Source of the DNA: an uncultured Planctomycetia bacterium
Lineage (GTDB): Bacteria; Omnitrophota; Gorgyraeia; Tantalellales; Tantalellaceae
DNA: 64,000 nucleotides
NCBI GenBank assembly: GCA_964527765.1
Contig: CAZGQR010000010.1
Span: forward strand, 1,680 to 65,679
Direction of reading: 5' to 3'
The translations under genes and the position numbers were made by a program. Below, piece after piece: positions 52,298 through 60,366 of the stretch. How positions within the stretch are numbered: position 1 is the first letter of the stretch; every line of letters begins with the position of its first letter. The notes under the pieces are model-generated. The model was not told where the DNA came from and searched no databases. It was given only the letters and a program-made list of their open reading frames with translations.

Positions 52298-53137
52298 ATG
52301 AATTACGCAAAAACCGCTTTTTTGCTGGTTGTCCTGACCGCGATACTTATGTGGCTGGGAAGCCTGTTCGGAGGAGCCAGGGGAGTGATCATTGCATTTT
52401 CGGTGGCCATGGTCCTTAACGGTGTAAGCTATTGGTACAGTGACAGGATAGTCCTGGCGATGTATAAGGCGAAGGAACTGCCGCGGGCAGAATATTCCGG
52501 CCTGTATGAGACAGTAGAGAGCCTAAGCGCCAGCGCGGGGATACCGTGTCCCAAGGTATGCATGGCAGAGGTTGCCGCACCGAACGCTTTTGCTACCGGA
52601 AGAAATCCGGAGAACGCCGCTTTATGTCTTACAAGAGGAGCGGTAGATCTTCTTGATGAAGATGAGCTGAAGGGAGTTATTTCCCATGAGCTTGCGCATG
52701 TCAAGAACCGGGATACCCTTATCATGACGGTAACCGCGGCTTTGGCGAGCGCTATAATGATGATCGCATACATGGCGCGGTGGGCGGCATTTTTTGGAGG
52801 TTTTTCAAGGGACCGCAGGGATTCGGGTAATATTATCGGGCTTCTCGCCGTGAGCATACTTGCGCCTTTTGCGGCGCTTCTGGTGCAGCTGGCGATCTCC
52901 AGGTCAAGAGAATATGCTGCGGATGCCGGAGGAGCGAAGATAGCAGGGGATCCGAGGGGCCTTGCGCGCGCTCTTGAGGAACTGGCGCGTTTTTCCAAAC
53001 AGCGCAAATTCAACGTTGCTCCGCAGACAGCGCATCTGTTCATAGTTCAGCCTTTAGCCGGGAGCTTTCTTGCCAACCTTTTTTCAACACATCCTCCCGT
53101 GGAAGAGAGAGTCAAGAGGCTCAGGAGCATGGCGTAA
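52298..53137 (+). CDS. htpX: Zinc metalloprotease HtpX (M48 family)
   Basis: HELAHVKNRD (HExxH) between TM helices. Four hydrophobic segments. C-terminal HPP(V)EER typical of HtpX. The start is set at ATG 52298 (GGAGCGACA-ATG) rather than the ORF-track start. Confidence 0.85.
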   Translation: MNYAKTAFLLVVLTAILMWLGSLFGGARGVIIAFSVAMVLNGVSYWYSDRIVLAMYKAKELPRAEYSGLYETVESLSASAGIPCPKVCMAEVAAPNAFATGRNPENAALCLTRGAVDLLDEDELKGVISHELAHVKNRDTLIMTVTAALASAIMMIAYMARWAAFFGGFSRDRRDSGNIIGLLAVSILAPFAALLVQLAISRSREYAADAGGAKIAGDPRGLARALEELARFSKQRKFNVAPQTAHLFIVQPLAGSFLANLFSTHPPVEERVKRLRSMA

Positions 53138-53161
53138 TATGAGATTTTTATAGGAGCGAAT

Positions 53162-53872
53162 ATGAAGGGATCTTTAAGCATATCATTTGTTCTGCCTATG
53201 TTCAATGAGCGCGATAATATTATGAACACCATCAGGAACATAAAATCTCTGGCAGGAGAACTTACCGGAGATTACGAAATCGTCGTAGTGGACGATGCTT
53301 CGAGTGACGGTAGCGGTGATATCGTGGAAAGAATGGCAAAAACGGATAATGCTATAAAATTATTCCGCCTGAAGAACAATACCAGGTTTGGAGGGGCTTT
53401 TGCGGAGGGTTTCGCCAGGGCGACAAAGGATATCATTCTGTACATGGACTCGGATATGCCGGTCAACATTGAAGATATCAAGGCGTCATTCCCTTTGATC
53501 GAGAATGCCGATATCGTTACGGGATACAGCAGGATCAGAAAAGGCGACAGCGTTAAACGCAGGATCATCTCGAGCGTGTATAACTTCATAGTGCAGGCGT
53601 TATTCGGTCTTAATATCAAGGACGTGAATTCAGGCTATAAGATAGTCAGGAGGGATCTTGTAAAAGACTTAAAATTCGTGTCTCGCAGTCCTTTTGTTGA
53701 CGTTGAGATCTTTCTTCACGGCAAGAAAAAACAATGCAGGATACGGCAGTTCCCTCTGGTTTTCAAGTCGCGTTCCGGCGGCAAATCCCATATCGCCCGT
53801 TTTCCCGTCATTTGGGCCACATTTGCCGATATGTTAAAGGTAAAAATTCTCTCACGCCGGAGAGGGGCATGA
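53162..53872 (+). CDS. Family-2 glycosyltransferase (dolichol-phosphate mannosyltransferase-like)
   Basis: ISFVLPMFNERDNI ... EIVVVDDASSDGS (DxD region) ... YMDSDM. Confidence 0.8.
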   Translation: MKGSLSISFVLPMFNERDNIMNTIRNIKSLAGELTGDYEIVVVDDASSDGSGDIVERMAKTDNAIKLFRLKNNTRFGGAFAEGFARATKDIILYMDSDMPVNIEDIKASFPLIENADIVTGYSRIRKGDSVKRRIISSVYNFIVQALFGLNIKDVNSGYKIVRRDLVKDLKFVSRSPFVDVEIFLHGKKKQCRIRQFPLVFKSRSGGKSHIARFPVIWATFADMLKVKILSRRRGA

Positions 53873-54720
53873 AATCGTTGATCATAAACATTGACGACGC
53901 AGGGTCTTCTGACGCAGTGAACAAGGCTGTAAAAAAGTGTTACCTTTCCGGCGGTGTCACGGGAATAAGTTTGATAGCCTGCGGTGAGAGGTTTCGCGAG
54001 GCATGTACCATTCTGCATGATCTCGGGAAGCCCGAAGCAGGGGTTCATCTTACGCTTACGGGAAGATTTACTCCCTGCACGAAACCATCCTCGGCGATAG
54101 AAACTCTTACACATAAAGGGTCTTTCGCCGGGAATTATTGGGGTTTTATGCTGCTTTATGCTCAAAAAAGGCTGAGACCGGAACAGGTATATCTTGAATT
54201 GTCCAATCAGGTAAAAAGAGTAAAAGAGGAAGGGTTCAGGGTAACGCATCTGGATAGCCATGAACATATTCATATGTTTCCCGGGATCCTGGACATCACG
54301 ATAAAGTTAGCTTCGGAATTCAATATACCTTATGTGAGATTGCCGCTGGAAAATACGGCCGTGATAAGAAAACGCTTTTCGATAATAGATTTTTTACGAC
54401 ACGCGGGCCTGAAAGTATTCAGCTCCGGGGCGGAGAAAGTCATGTCCCGAGCCGGCATCAAATGTAATGACTCTTTTTTGGGGCATTTTCATTCCGGCCG
54501 GATAGATGATGACATTCTTGATTTCATGCTGGAGAATCTTGCTGATGGCGTGAATGAACTGGCGATACATCCGGCAGTTTTCCCCCCGCAGCTACTAAAG
54601 GAATCTCAAGCATGCCGGAACGCGCAGAAAGAGCTGGACACTCTCATAAGCGGCAGATGGAAGAGACATGCAGATGCCGGAAAGGTCCGGTTGGTCACAC
54701 ATGGTGAAGCTGCCGGCTAG
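53869..54720 (+). CDS. YdjC/ChbG-family carbohydrate deacetylase (HpnK-like)
   Basis: N-terminus MKSLIINIDDAGSSDAVNKAV...GGVTGISLIA parallels the YdjC family (LIVNADDFGLS...). The ATGA start overlaps the GT2 stop, which suggests translational coupling. Confidence 0.65.
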   Translation: MKSLIINIDDAGSSDAVNKAVKKCYLSGGVTGISLIACGERFREACTILHDLGKPEAGVHLTLTGRFTPCTKPSSAIETLTHKGSFAGNYWGFMLLYAQKRLRPEQVYLELSNQVKRVKEEGFRVTHLDSHEHIHMFPGILDITIKLASEFNIPYVRLPLENTAVIRKRFSIIDFLRHAGLKVFSSGAEKVMSRAGIKCNDSFLGHFHSGRIDDDILDFMLENLADGVNELAIHPAVFPPQLLKESQACRNAQKELDTLISGRWKRHADAGKVRLVTHGEAAG

Positions 54721-54742
54721 AGGTATTTCTGATCGGCGAAAT

Positions 54743-54777
54743 AAAAAAACCGCTGCGCCAGCGCAGCGGTTTTTTTA
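54743..54777. terminator. Bidirectional intrinsic terminator
   Basis: Perfect 9-bp stem CCGCTGCGC/GCGCAGCGG between an A-run (54743-54749) and a T-run (54770-54776). Confidence 0.8.
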
Positions 54778-54803
54778 TCCATCCATTAAAAATGACTGTG
54801 AAA

Positions 54804-55010
54804 TTATTCTTTTGCTTTTAACAGCGCTATCACCGCGATAAGCAGTATGCATGCTGTTCCTGAAAACACGCCGACAGCGGTGAATCCTTTGTCCAGCAAG
54901 GGTACCTGCGTAAAACCGAAGATGGTTTTTTCACCTATAAATCTTCCAACAACCGTGTAGACAAATAGTAATATACCTATAATTGCCAGGATATTGCCGA
55001 TTGCTTTCAT
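54804..55010 (-). CDS. Small membrane protein (68 aa, two predicted TM helices)
   Basis: MKAIGNILAIIGILLFVYTVVG ... AVGVFSGTACILLIAVIALL. It is preceded on its own strand by an A7G7 element. Confidence 0.45.
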   Translation of the reverse strand: MKAIGNILAIIGILLFVYTVVGRFIGEKTIFGFTQVPLLDKGFTAVGVFSGTACILLIAVIALLKAKE

Positions 55011-55171
55011 GTCTTCCCCCCCCTTTTTTTAACAATGGGTTTTTGGCCTACCGATTCTTTAAGCAAATATACCACGTCTTTACGGCAAAGTCAAAAGAAA
55101 CTGCTGTGAGCCGGAGGCGCCAAATCCCCGCGGCATGGTTTATAAAGATTTATCCTTAATTCTGCAGGAAA

Positions 55172-55258
55172 TGGTGCGGGCGAAGGGATTTGAACCCCCA
55201 AGGAGTTTCCTCCATATGGACCTGAACCATACGCGTCTGCCAGTTCCGCCACGCCCGC
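55172..55258 (-). tRNA. tRNA-Leu (anticodon CAG), class II with long variable arm
   Basis: The reverse complement reads GCGGGCG-TG-GCGGAACTGGCAGACGC-G-TATGG-TTCAGGT-CCATA-TGGAGGAAACTCCTT-GGGGG-TTCAAAT-CCCTT-CGCCCGC-ACCA. It has a 7-bp acceptor stem, anticodon loop TTCAGGT (CAG), GTTCAAATCC T-loop, a ~15-nt variable arm and an encoded CCA. Confidence 0.85.
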
Positions 55259-55401
55259 ATTATATCAAGGGTTGACAATTGGCAGATTGGATTATACTAT
55301 AAATTGACGTTGTCGTCAATTGCAGCACAGTGCAGTATTGCCAGGACATAATCACGGGGTTGAAATTTTGACTGGTGTTATAGTATAATAAAGGTAGAAA
55401 T

Positions 55402-55857
55402 ATGGCTCAGAACAACAAGACCATCGTTACGAACCGCCAGGCCTTAAGAGATTATTATATTGAAAAAGCTTATGAAGCCGGGTTACAATTATCGGGCAAT
55501 GAAGTTAAATCCTTGCGGGCCGGAAAGGCCAATTTAAAAGGCAGCTTCGCGAGAGTAGAAAGCGACGAGATCATTCTGCATAACATGCACATAAGTCCTT
55601 ACGAATATTCCCGCGAGGATTATGATCCTTTGAGACCGCGGAAACTTCTGCTGCATAAAGCGCAGATAAAACAGATAAAGGTAAAATTGACCCAGCGGGG
55701 GTATACTCTTGTTCCGCTGAAATTGTATTTTAAGCGCGGTTACGCAAAAGTTGAACTGGTCCTTGCAAGAGGGAAAAAACTGTACGACAAGCGAAGGGTT
55801 TTGAAGGAAAAGCAGGCAAAAAGAGAGATCGACAAGGCACTGCGCAGAAAAAGATAA
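55402..55857 (+). CDS. smpB: SsrA-binding protein SmpB
   Basis: IVTNRQALRDYYIEKAYEAGLQLSGNEVKSLR ... HISPYEY ... RPRKLLLHK ... YTLVPLKLYFKRGYAKVELVLARGKK is collinear with SmpB. It lies immediately upstream of tmRNA. Confidence 0.95.
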   Translation: MAQNNKTIVTNRQALRDYYIEKAYEAGLQLSGNEVKSLRAGKANLKGSFARVESDEIILHNMHISPYEYSREDYDPLRPRKLLLHKAQIKQIKVKLTQRGYTLVPLKLYFKRGYAKVELVLARGKKLYDKRRVLKEKQAKREIDKALRRKR

Positions 55858-55858
55858 G

Positions 55859-56244
55859 GGGGGTGACAGGTCTCGACATGTTCTCGTGATCTGAGGGCAG
55901 CATGCAGAGGTTGTCAGGAGGCCTCTTTAAAAACCTGGCAAAAACACAAACGCAGACTACAATCCAGTAGCCGAAGCCGAGTCAATCTTGGCTGAGGATG
56001 CGTTAAATGTTCCCGCATATGCGGGAGCGAGTCCTTTAGTAAGTGCCTTGGGATACTAATAGGGCTACAATCACGCAAGGTCTCTTGAGGTAATACCTCT
56101 TAACCTCAAGCAGTATAAAGGGGCTGCTCCCGGGAAGTGTCCCGTTTACCGGATTTCCCGGGAAAAGACAAAGGTGAACTAAGCATGTAGATACTCTTCG
56201 GTCGGAGTCCATGGACCCGGGTTCAAGTCCCGGCACCTCCACCA
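55859..56244 (+). ncRNA. ssrA: tmRNA (ssrA), ~386 nt
   Basis: 5' GGGGGUG pairs with 3' CACCUCC-ACCA, including the G3·U tRNA-Ala identity pair. The tRNA-like T-arm is GGACCCGGGTTCAAGTCCCGG. A 5' UCUCGAC box is present. It is adjacent to smpB. There is an internal in-frame UAA-UAG double stop at ~56056-56061. Confidence 0.85.
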
Positions 56245-56258
56245 TTTTTTCCAAGCAT

Positions 56259-56292
56259 AAAGCCGATTTCCATCATGGAGTCGGCTTTTTTG
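56259..56292 (+). terminator. Intrinsic terminator of ssrA
   Basis: Stem AAGCCGA(56260-56266)/TCGGCTT(56281-56287) followed by a T-run. Confidence 0.6.
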
Positions 56293-56390
56293 TTGTAAAT
56301 GACTTAAATCACAGGGACATAGATAAGAATATATGTACACATACCGTCAGTTATGGTCAGGGCAAAAATGGCAGTTTTTGGGAAAAATCG

Positions 56391-56420
56391 TGGTGAAATC
56401 GTGGTGGAATCGTGGTGGGA
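56391..56420. repeat. Short tandem repeat (GAAATCGTGGTG x2.5) near the ssrA/island junction
   Basis: ggtGAAATCGTGGTGGAATCGTGGTGGGAT. Confidence 0.6.
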
Positions 56421-56538
56421 TTTTAAGGGATCAGGATGGACACTATTTGGACGCAAGGTAGGGTGTGAGTTTATAAGGTTGACTTATTGAGAATGGACAT
56501 TTATAATTGTTAAATATCGAAAAACATATGGAGTATTT

Positions 56539-57027
56539 ATGCCAAATATACACGGTTTATATTCATTAAGTGAAGTAGCTCTGAAGCTGAATGTTTCTTC
56601 CGCCTGGATCAATAAGATCCAAAAGAGAACTGGTATAGTTCAAAAAGAGGGGGGTAAAGGAAAGCCGAGTTTTTTTAGTGAAAGAGATATTGAGGTCTTA
56701 AAAAATGTTAAATTATTGAGAGTTCTTGATTATTCTCTGGAAGATATTAGGGATCTGTATAATCAAGAAAAAGAAATGCTGAAGTATATTGTGAGCAAAC
56801 CAATATCGAAAACAAAAAAAGGTTTAGGTAAATATATAATCCATTATCCCCATGAGTTTTCAGAAGAAGACTTCTCTGAATTTAAAAAAGAGTTAAGTGT
56901 CAAGGGGGTAGATGATGCCAAAGACCTTCAGACATACCGAGAGATAGAAAGGCGGATGGAGAAGACTTTTAGTGAAGTAAAGAAAAGAGCAGAGAGATTG
57001 CAGGAAGATTTAAAACGCTTTTTTTAG
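56539..57027 (+). CDS. MerR-like HTH transcriptional regulator (island)
   Basis: YSLSEVALKLNVSSAWINKIQKRTGIV...FSERDIEVLKNVKLLRVLDYSLEDIRDL follows the MerR HTH + dimerisation pattern. Confidence 0.5.
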   Translation: MPNIHGLYSLSEVALKLNVSSAWINKIQKRTGIVQKEGGKGKPSFFSERDIEVLKNVKLLRVLDYSLEDIRDLYNQEKEMLKYIVSKPISKTKKGLGKYIIHYPHEFSEEDFSEFKKELSVKGVDDAKDLQTYREIERRMEKTFSEVKKRAERLQEDLKRFF

Positions 57028-57230
57028 AGACAAGGCCCTACGTCTTATCCTATCGACATAGCAGGGAAACTCTCAACGCATAAATACCCATAAATATAAT
57101 TTTTCTTGACGGAGAAGACCTATTCTTGTATAATAAACGACGTAAATACAACGTGTAAACAGATATTTTTTTGACCACAGAATACACGTTGTATAAATGA
57201 CGTATAAAGTTCTTCAAAAAAGGAGGGGAG

Positions 57231-57638
57231 ATGGACAAGTATTTAAGGAGAGAGTACCACGGGCAACAGATTGATTTGAGTAAAATCAATGAGAAGAAAA
57301 CCTGTCTAGGAAAGAACTATTGGGATTATCGTGAAAAAAATACACCGGGATATCTGGGTGGTAATGTGGAGACCAATGTACTGTTTGTACCATGGATAGG
57401 CAGCGAGAGTAAATCGTATTGTCCGGTTAGCGGGAAATGGGTACATTCAGGTGATCTTGATTCTTATGCTGCGGCTGTAATTTTAGATGATGATAATGAA
57501 ATACAGGACATTGAATTCTATATACAAATATTCGCAGGTTATTGTGGAGGAAGGGATTATAAGAAAGTCAAGAAGGTTCCTGACTTTATTTACCATGATT
57601 TTTGGGAAGAAATGAGCAATGTATTAGTAGGTTGGTAA
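57231..57638 (+). CDS. Hypothetical protein (island cargo)
   Basis: ORF with a GGAGGGGAG SD. No recognisable motif. Confidence 0.4.
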   Translation: MDKYLRREYHGQQIDLSKINEKKTCLGKNYWDYREKNTPGYLGGNVETNVLFVPWIGSESKSYCPVSGKWVHSGDLDSYAAAVILDDDNEIQDIEFYIQIFAGYCGGRDYKKVKKVPDFIYHDFWEEMSNVLVGW

Positions 57639-57753
57639 GTATGGTTGGTTTCAGGATGAATAGTTGATGGAAGAAAGGTAATAACAAGGAATAGGGGTTT
57701 CATGTTGGGGCTCCTTACAACTAAAATGAGCCGGAATAAAATGGGGGTATGCA

Positions 57754-57933
57754 ATGAGTATAGAGAGCATGAAAAGGTTTGCTGACGAGATAAAGAGAGT
57801 AATAGACTACTTTGCCAGTGAATTTCAAATGACATATGCTGAGGCTATTGGAGTTATGCAAATGATAATAATGGATATTCATGCGGAGTCCTGGGAATCT
57901 GAAGAGGAGGAATATATTGAAGAGGATGATTAA
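57754..57933 (+). CDS. Hypothetical small acidic protein (59 aa)
   Basis: ATG 57754 to TAA 57931-57933. The C-terminus is acidic (ESWESEEEEYIEEDD). It is below the ORF-track length cutoff. Confidence 0.3.
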   Translation: MSIESMKRFADEIKRVIDYFASEFQMTYAEAIGVMQMIIMDIHAESWESEEEEYIEEDD

Positions 57934-57982
57934 GCAGTTTTCCGATATATTGAATGACTAATTTTAAACCCAGGAGGTAGAC

Positions 57983-58942
57983 ATGAATAGCGGAACTATT
58001 GTAAACCACAAGATGAATTTGAGTGAACAGTATCTTTTACGCAGCGCCTTGCAAAAGGCCATTAGGTGGGGCGAGGTTAATGATGCTCGTTATTTTGCGC
58101 GAAAAATGATAGATGAAGGGAAACCCGGCGGGGTGTTAAATACATTAGCTATAGTTGCAGCGGAAGATGTCGGGTTAGCTGATCCCACCCTGGTTAATTA
58201 TGTAAGGCAGCGTTGTGATGAGTTCGAAAAGTGGGAGAAAGAATCAAAGATAAAAAGGGTAGATGTTAAAGACCACCAAGTAGCATGTTCTATTATTGAC
58301 CGGGCAGTTGTAGCAGCTGCGCTTAGCTATAAAAGCAGACTTCTGCCAATGGCTTCATTTGCGACTTTATATGATATTTATCGGAATGAAGCCTTTGATC
58401 ATAGCATTGAAGGGTATCAGGATCTATTTCTTGATGCATTTCATCAGGGCAATGAGTCAAGAGCCCTTTACAATGCTTACATAATCAAGGAAATATTTGG
58501 TGCAGACGATTCCATCTTGGCGGCGATTAAAAATGGGAGAGAGGGGCGTAATGCCAGATTAATTGGCGATTGGGTGGAAGTATACACAAGAAAAAAGAAG
58601 GACCGGGACAGGCTGTTGTTTGTGGGTATTATTTTGCTATTATTCCGTGACTTAAGTCATGAGCAGGGGGAATATCTGACGGTCATTGATAGAGAGATTT
58701 CTGAGCCAATAGAAGAAACAGAAATACCCGACAGGGCTTATGACAAGCATACTATACGAGGCAAAAGAATGGGACGAGGGCTTGAACACTTCTTAAATGA
58801 GGCTGGAACAGTGCGTAAAGAGAGATTCCCAAATGATTGGCAAGAGAGAGGGAAACAGGCATATCTTGAGGCCGAGAAAGAAGGCCTCGGGAAAACGTCT
58901 AAAATAGTAAAAGCCATTAGGAGGAAATATGAAGAAAGATAA
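57983..58942 (+). CDS. Hypothetical protein (island cargo, 319 aa)
   Basis: ORF with a GGAGG SD. No recognisable motif. Confidence 0.45.
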   Translation: MNSGTIVNHKMNLSEQYLLRSALQKAIRWGEVNDARYFARKMIDEGKPGGVLNTLAIVAAEDVGLADPTLVNYVRQRCDEFEKWEKESKIKRVDVKDHQVACSIIDRAVVAAALSYKSRLLPMASFATLYDIYRNEAFDHSIEGYQDLFLDAFHQGNESRALYNAYIIKEIFGADDSILAAIKNGREGRNARLIGDWVEVYTRKKKDRDRLLFVGIILLLFRDLSHEQGEYLTVIDREISEPIEETEIPDRAYDKHTIRGKRMGRGLEHFLNEAGTVRKERFPNDWQERGKQAYLEAEKEGLGKTSKIVKAIRRKYEER

Positions 58943-59723
58943 GAGGAATAGTTTCATTATTGATCTGCCATTTGCATGTAAGAGAGCTGTTTTAACTCAA
59001 GCCAGGACCCACAGAGATGGAGTATGTCCTTTTATTGCGGAGTTTGATGACGGCAGTAGAAGCTTCATCAAAGGCCCGTATAAGGAGCGAGAAACGGCAG
59101 CAAGGCATGTTCTCTGCAATGAGATAAAAAGGAGACTGAAATCAGCATACCTTCATCCAATAGACTGCGAGGTAAGGGAATATGACGGTACATATTTTCT
59201 GGTGTGTGAAGAGCTGGGCGCAGCAGATTTAGCCAACACCGAAGAAGTAGAGACAAAAATGGACGGGGTATTTAATGTGCTGAAGTACGATTCTGATAAT
59301 GACCTTGTTCCGAATCCCTTTAAGTACGTGGGCGAGATCAATGAGGAGAACCGGAATACCTGGGTACAGATAATGGTTAATTATTGTTTCCGATGGGTCT
59401 TCGGCATAGGCGATGCGGCTAAGCGGAATTTGATGATACAACGGTCTACTGGAAGAATATATTCAACAGATGAGGCATCAATTGACTCAGTTAACCATGA
59501 AAGTATTTGGCACAGTAAGAGCCCAGGGAAAGATGTGCTTGGCTTAGTCCGTGAGTTTACCGAAGATGAGGAGTCGTTGTCTATAGTAATAGATGAGGTT
59601 AGGCGCTGGAAACGGCATGTAAATGCAGTTTGTTGCGAATTTGGCCTAAATCCAGTAAATATCGAAAGGAGGGTAGATGTGTTTCTCGAGGATCCTGAGA
59701 GAGTGCTAATGTTTGTGAAGTAA
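58929..59723 (+). CDS. Hypothetical protein (island cargo, 264 aa), overlapping the upstream gene by 14 nt
   Basis: ORF with an AGGAGGAAA SD. No recognisable motif. Confidence 0.45.
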   Translation: MKKDKRNSFIIDLPFACKRAVLTQARTHRDGVCPFIAEFDDGSRSFIKGPYKERETAARHVLCNEIKRRLKSAYLHPIDCEVREYDGTYFLVCEELGAADLANTEEVETKMDGVFNVLKYDSDNDLVPNPFKYVGEINEENRNTWVQIMVNYCFRWVFGIGDAAKRNLMIQRSTGRIYSTDEASIDSVNHESIWHSKSPGKDVLGLVREFTEDEESLSIVIDEVRRWKRHVNAVCCEFGLNPVNIERRVDVFLEDPERVLMFVK

Positions 59724-59923
59724 TGGAAATACAATTATGAGAAGGCGGCTCCAACTGAGGGGTCGCCTTTTTCTTTTACCGGGGCTTATACCTTGTTAGA
59801 ATATCCCTGTTTTACCCGGAAAACTCGTTTTAGTATGCCTCTCAGCATAGATTTGGGTGGACAAGGGGGTTTCCCCAGGGAGGGCCAATAGGCGCCCAAA
59901 AACCATACAAAAAGGGGGTAAAT

Positions 59924-60127
59924 ATGGAAAAGCTAATGACAGTTAAGGGCCTGAGCGAGTGGCTCCAGGTGAGCCCTAGCACGATCTACCAGTGGACGCA
60001 TACTGGGTTCATTCCGCACTATAAGATCCCTAAGGGCGTAAGATTTAGGCCCTCTGAGGTCGAGCGGTGGCTCCAAAAACGCAGAAAAAAGGGGAGGGCC
60101 AGCTATAAATTAGATATTTCTTTATAA
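59924..60127 (+). CDS. AlpA-family phage transcriptional regulator / excisionase-like HTH
   Basis: LMTVKGLSEWLQVSPSTIYQWTHTGFIPHYKIPKGVRFRPSEVERWL matches the AlpA/Xis HTH_17 pattern. Confidence 0.75.
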   Translation: MEKLMTVKGLSEWLQVSPSTIYQWTHTGFIPHYKIPKGVRFRPSEVERWLQKRRKKGRASYKLDISL

Positions 60128-60173
60128 TATTACTACCCGGTGCTATAATGTAACAAAATGTAATAGGAGAATT

Positions 60174-60347
60174 ATGCCTAAAATAGAACAATATCTTACA
60201 GCTGAAGAAGTTGCGCAAGCTTTAAAACTCCATCCTTATACTGTTAGACGACTCTGCCGGGAAGATAAGATTCCCTGTTTTAAGTTCGGGGGGCAGTGGA
60301 GATTTAGTAAGAATGAGATAGAAGCTTGGAGAAGAAAGAAGCAGTGA
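60174..60347 (+). CDS. Excisionase-family DNA-binding protein (HTH_17), 57 aa
   Basis: MPKIEQYLTAEEVAQALKLHPYTVRRLCREDKIPCFKFGGQWRFSKNEIEAWRRKKQ. A TATAAT box lies at 60145-60150 and GGAGA is 5 nt upstream of the ATG. It is below the ORF-track length cutoff. Confidence 0.65.
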   Translation: MPKIEQYLTAEEVAQALKLHPYTVRRLCREDKIPCFKFGGQWRFSKNEIEAWRRKKQ

Positions 60348-60366
60348 GAGATTAGCAAGGAGTTAT

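Noticed and set aside
56036-56396. ORFs 56036-56254 (-) and 56211-56396 (+) from the six-frame track
   Set aside because: Both overlap the tmRNA gene and its terminator, and are spurious.
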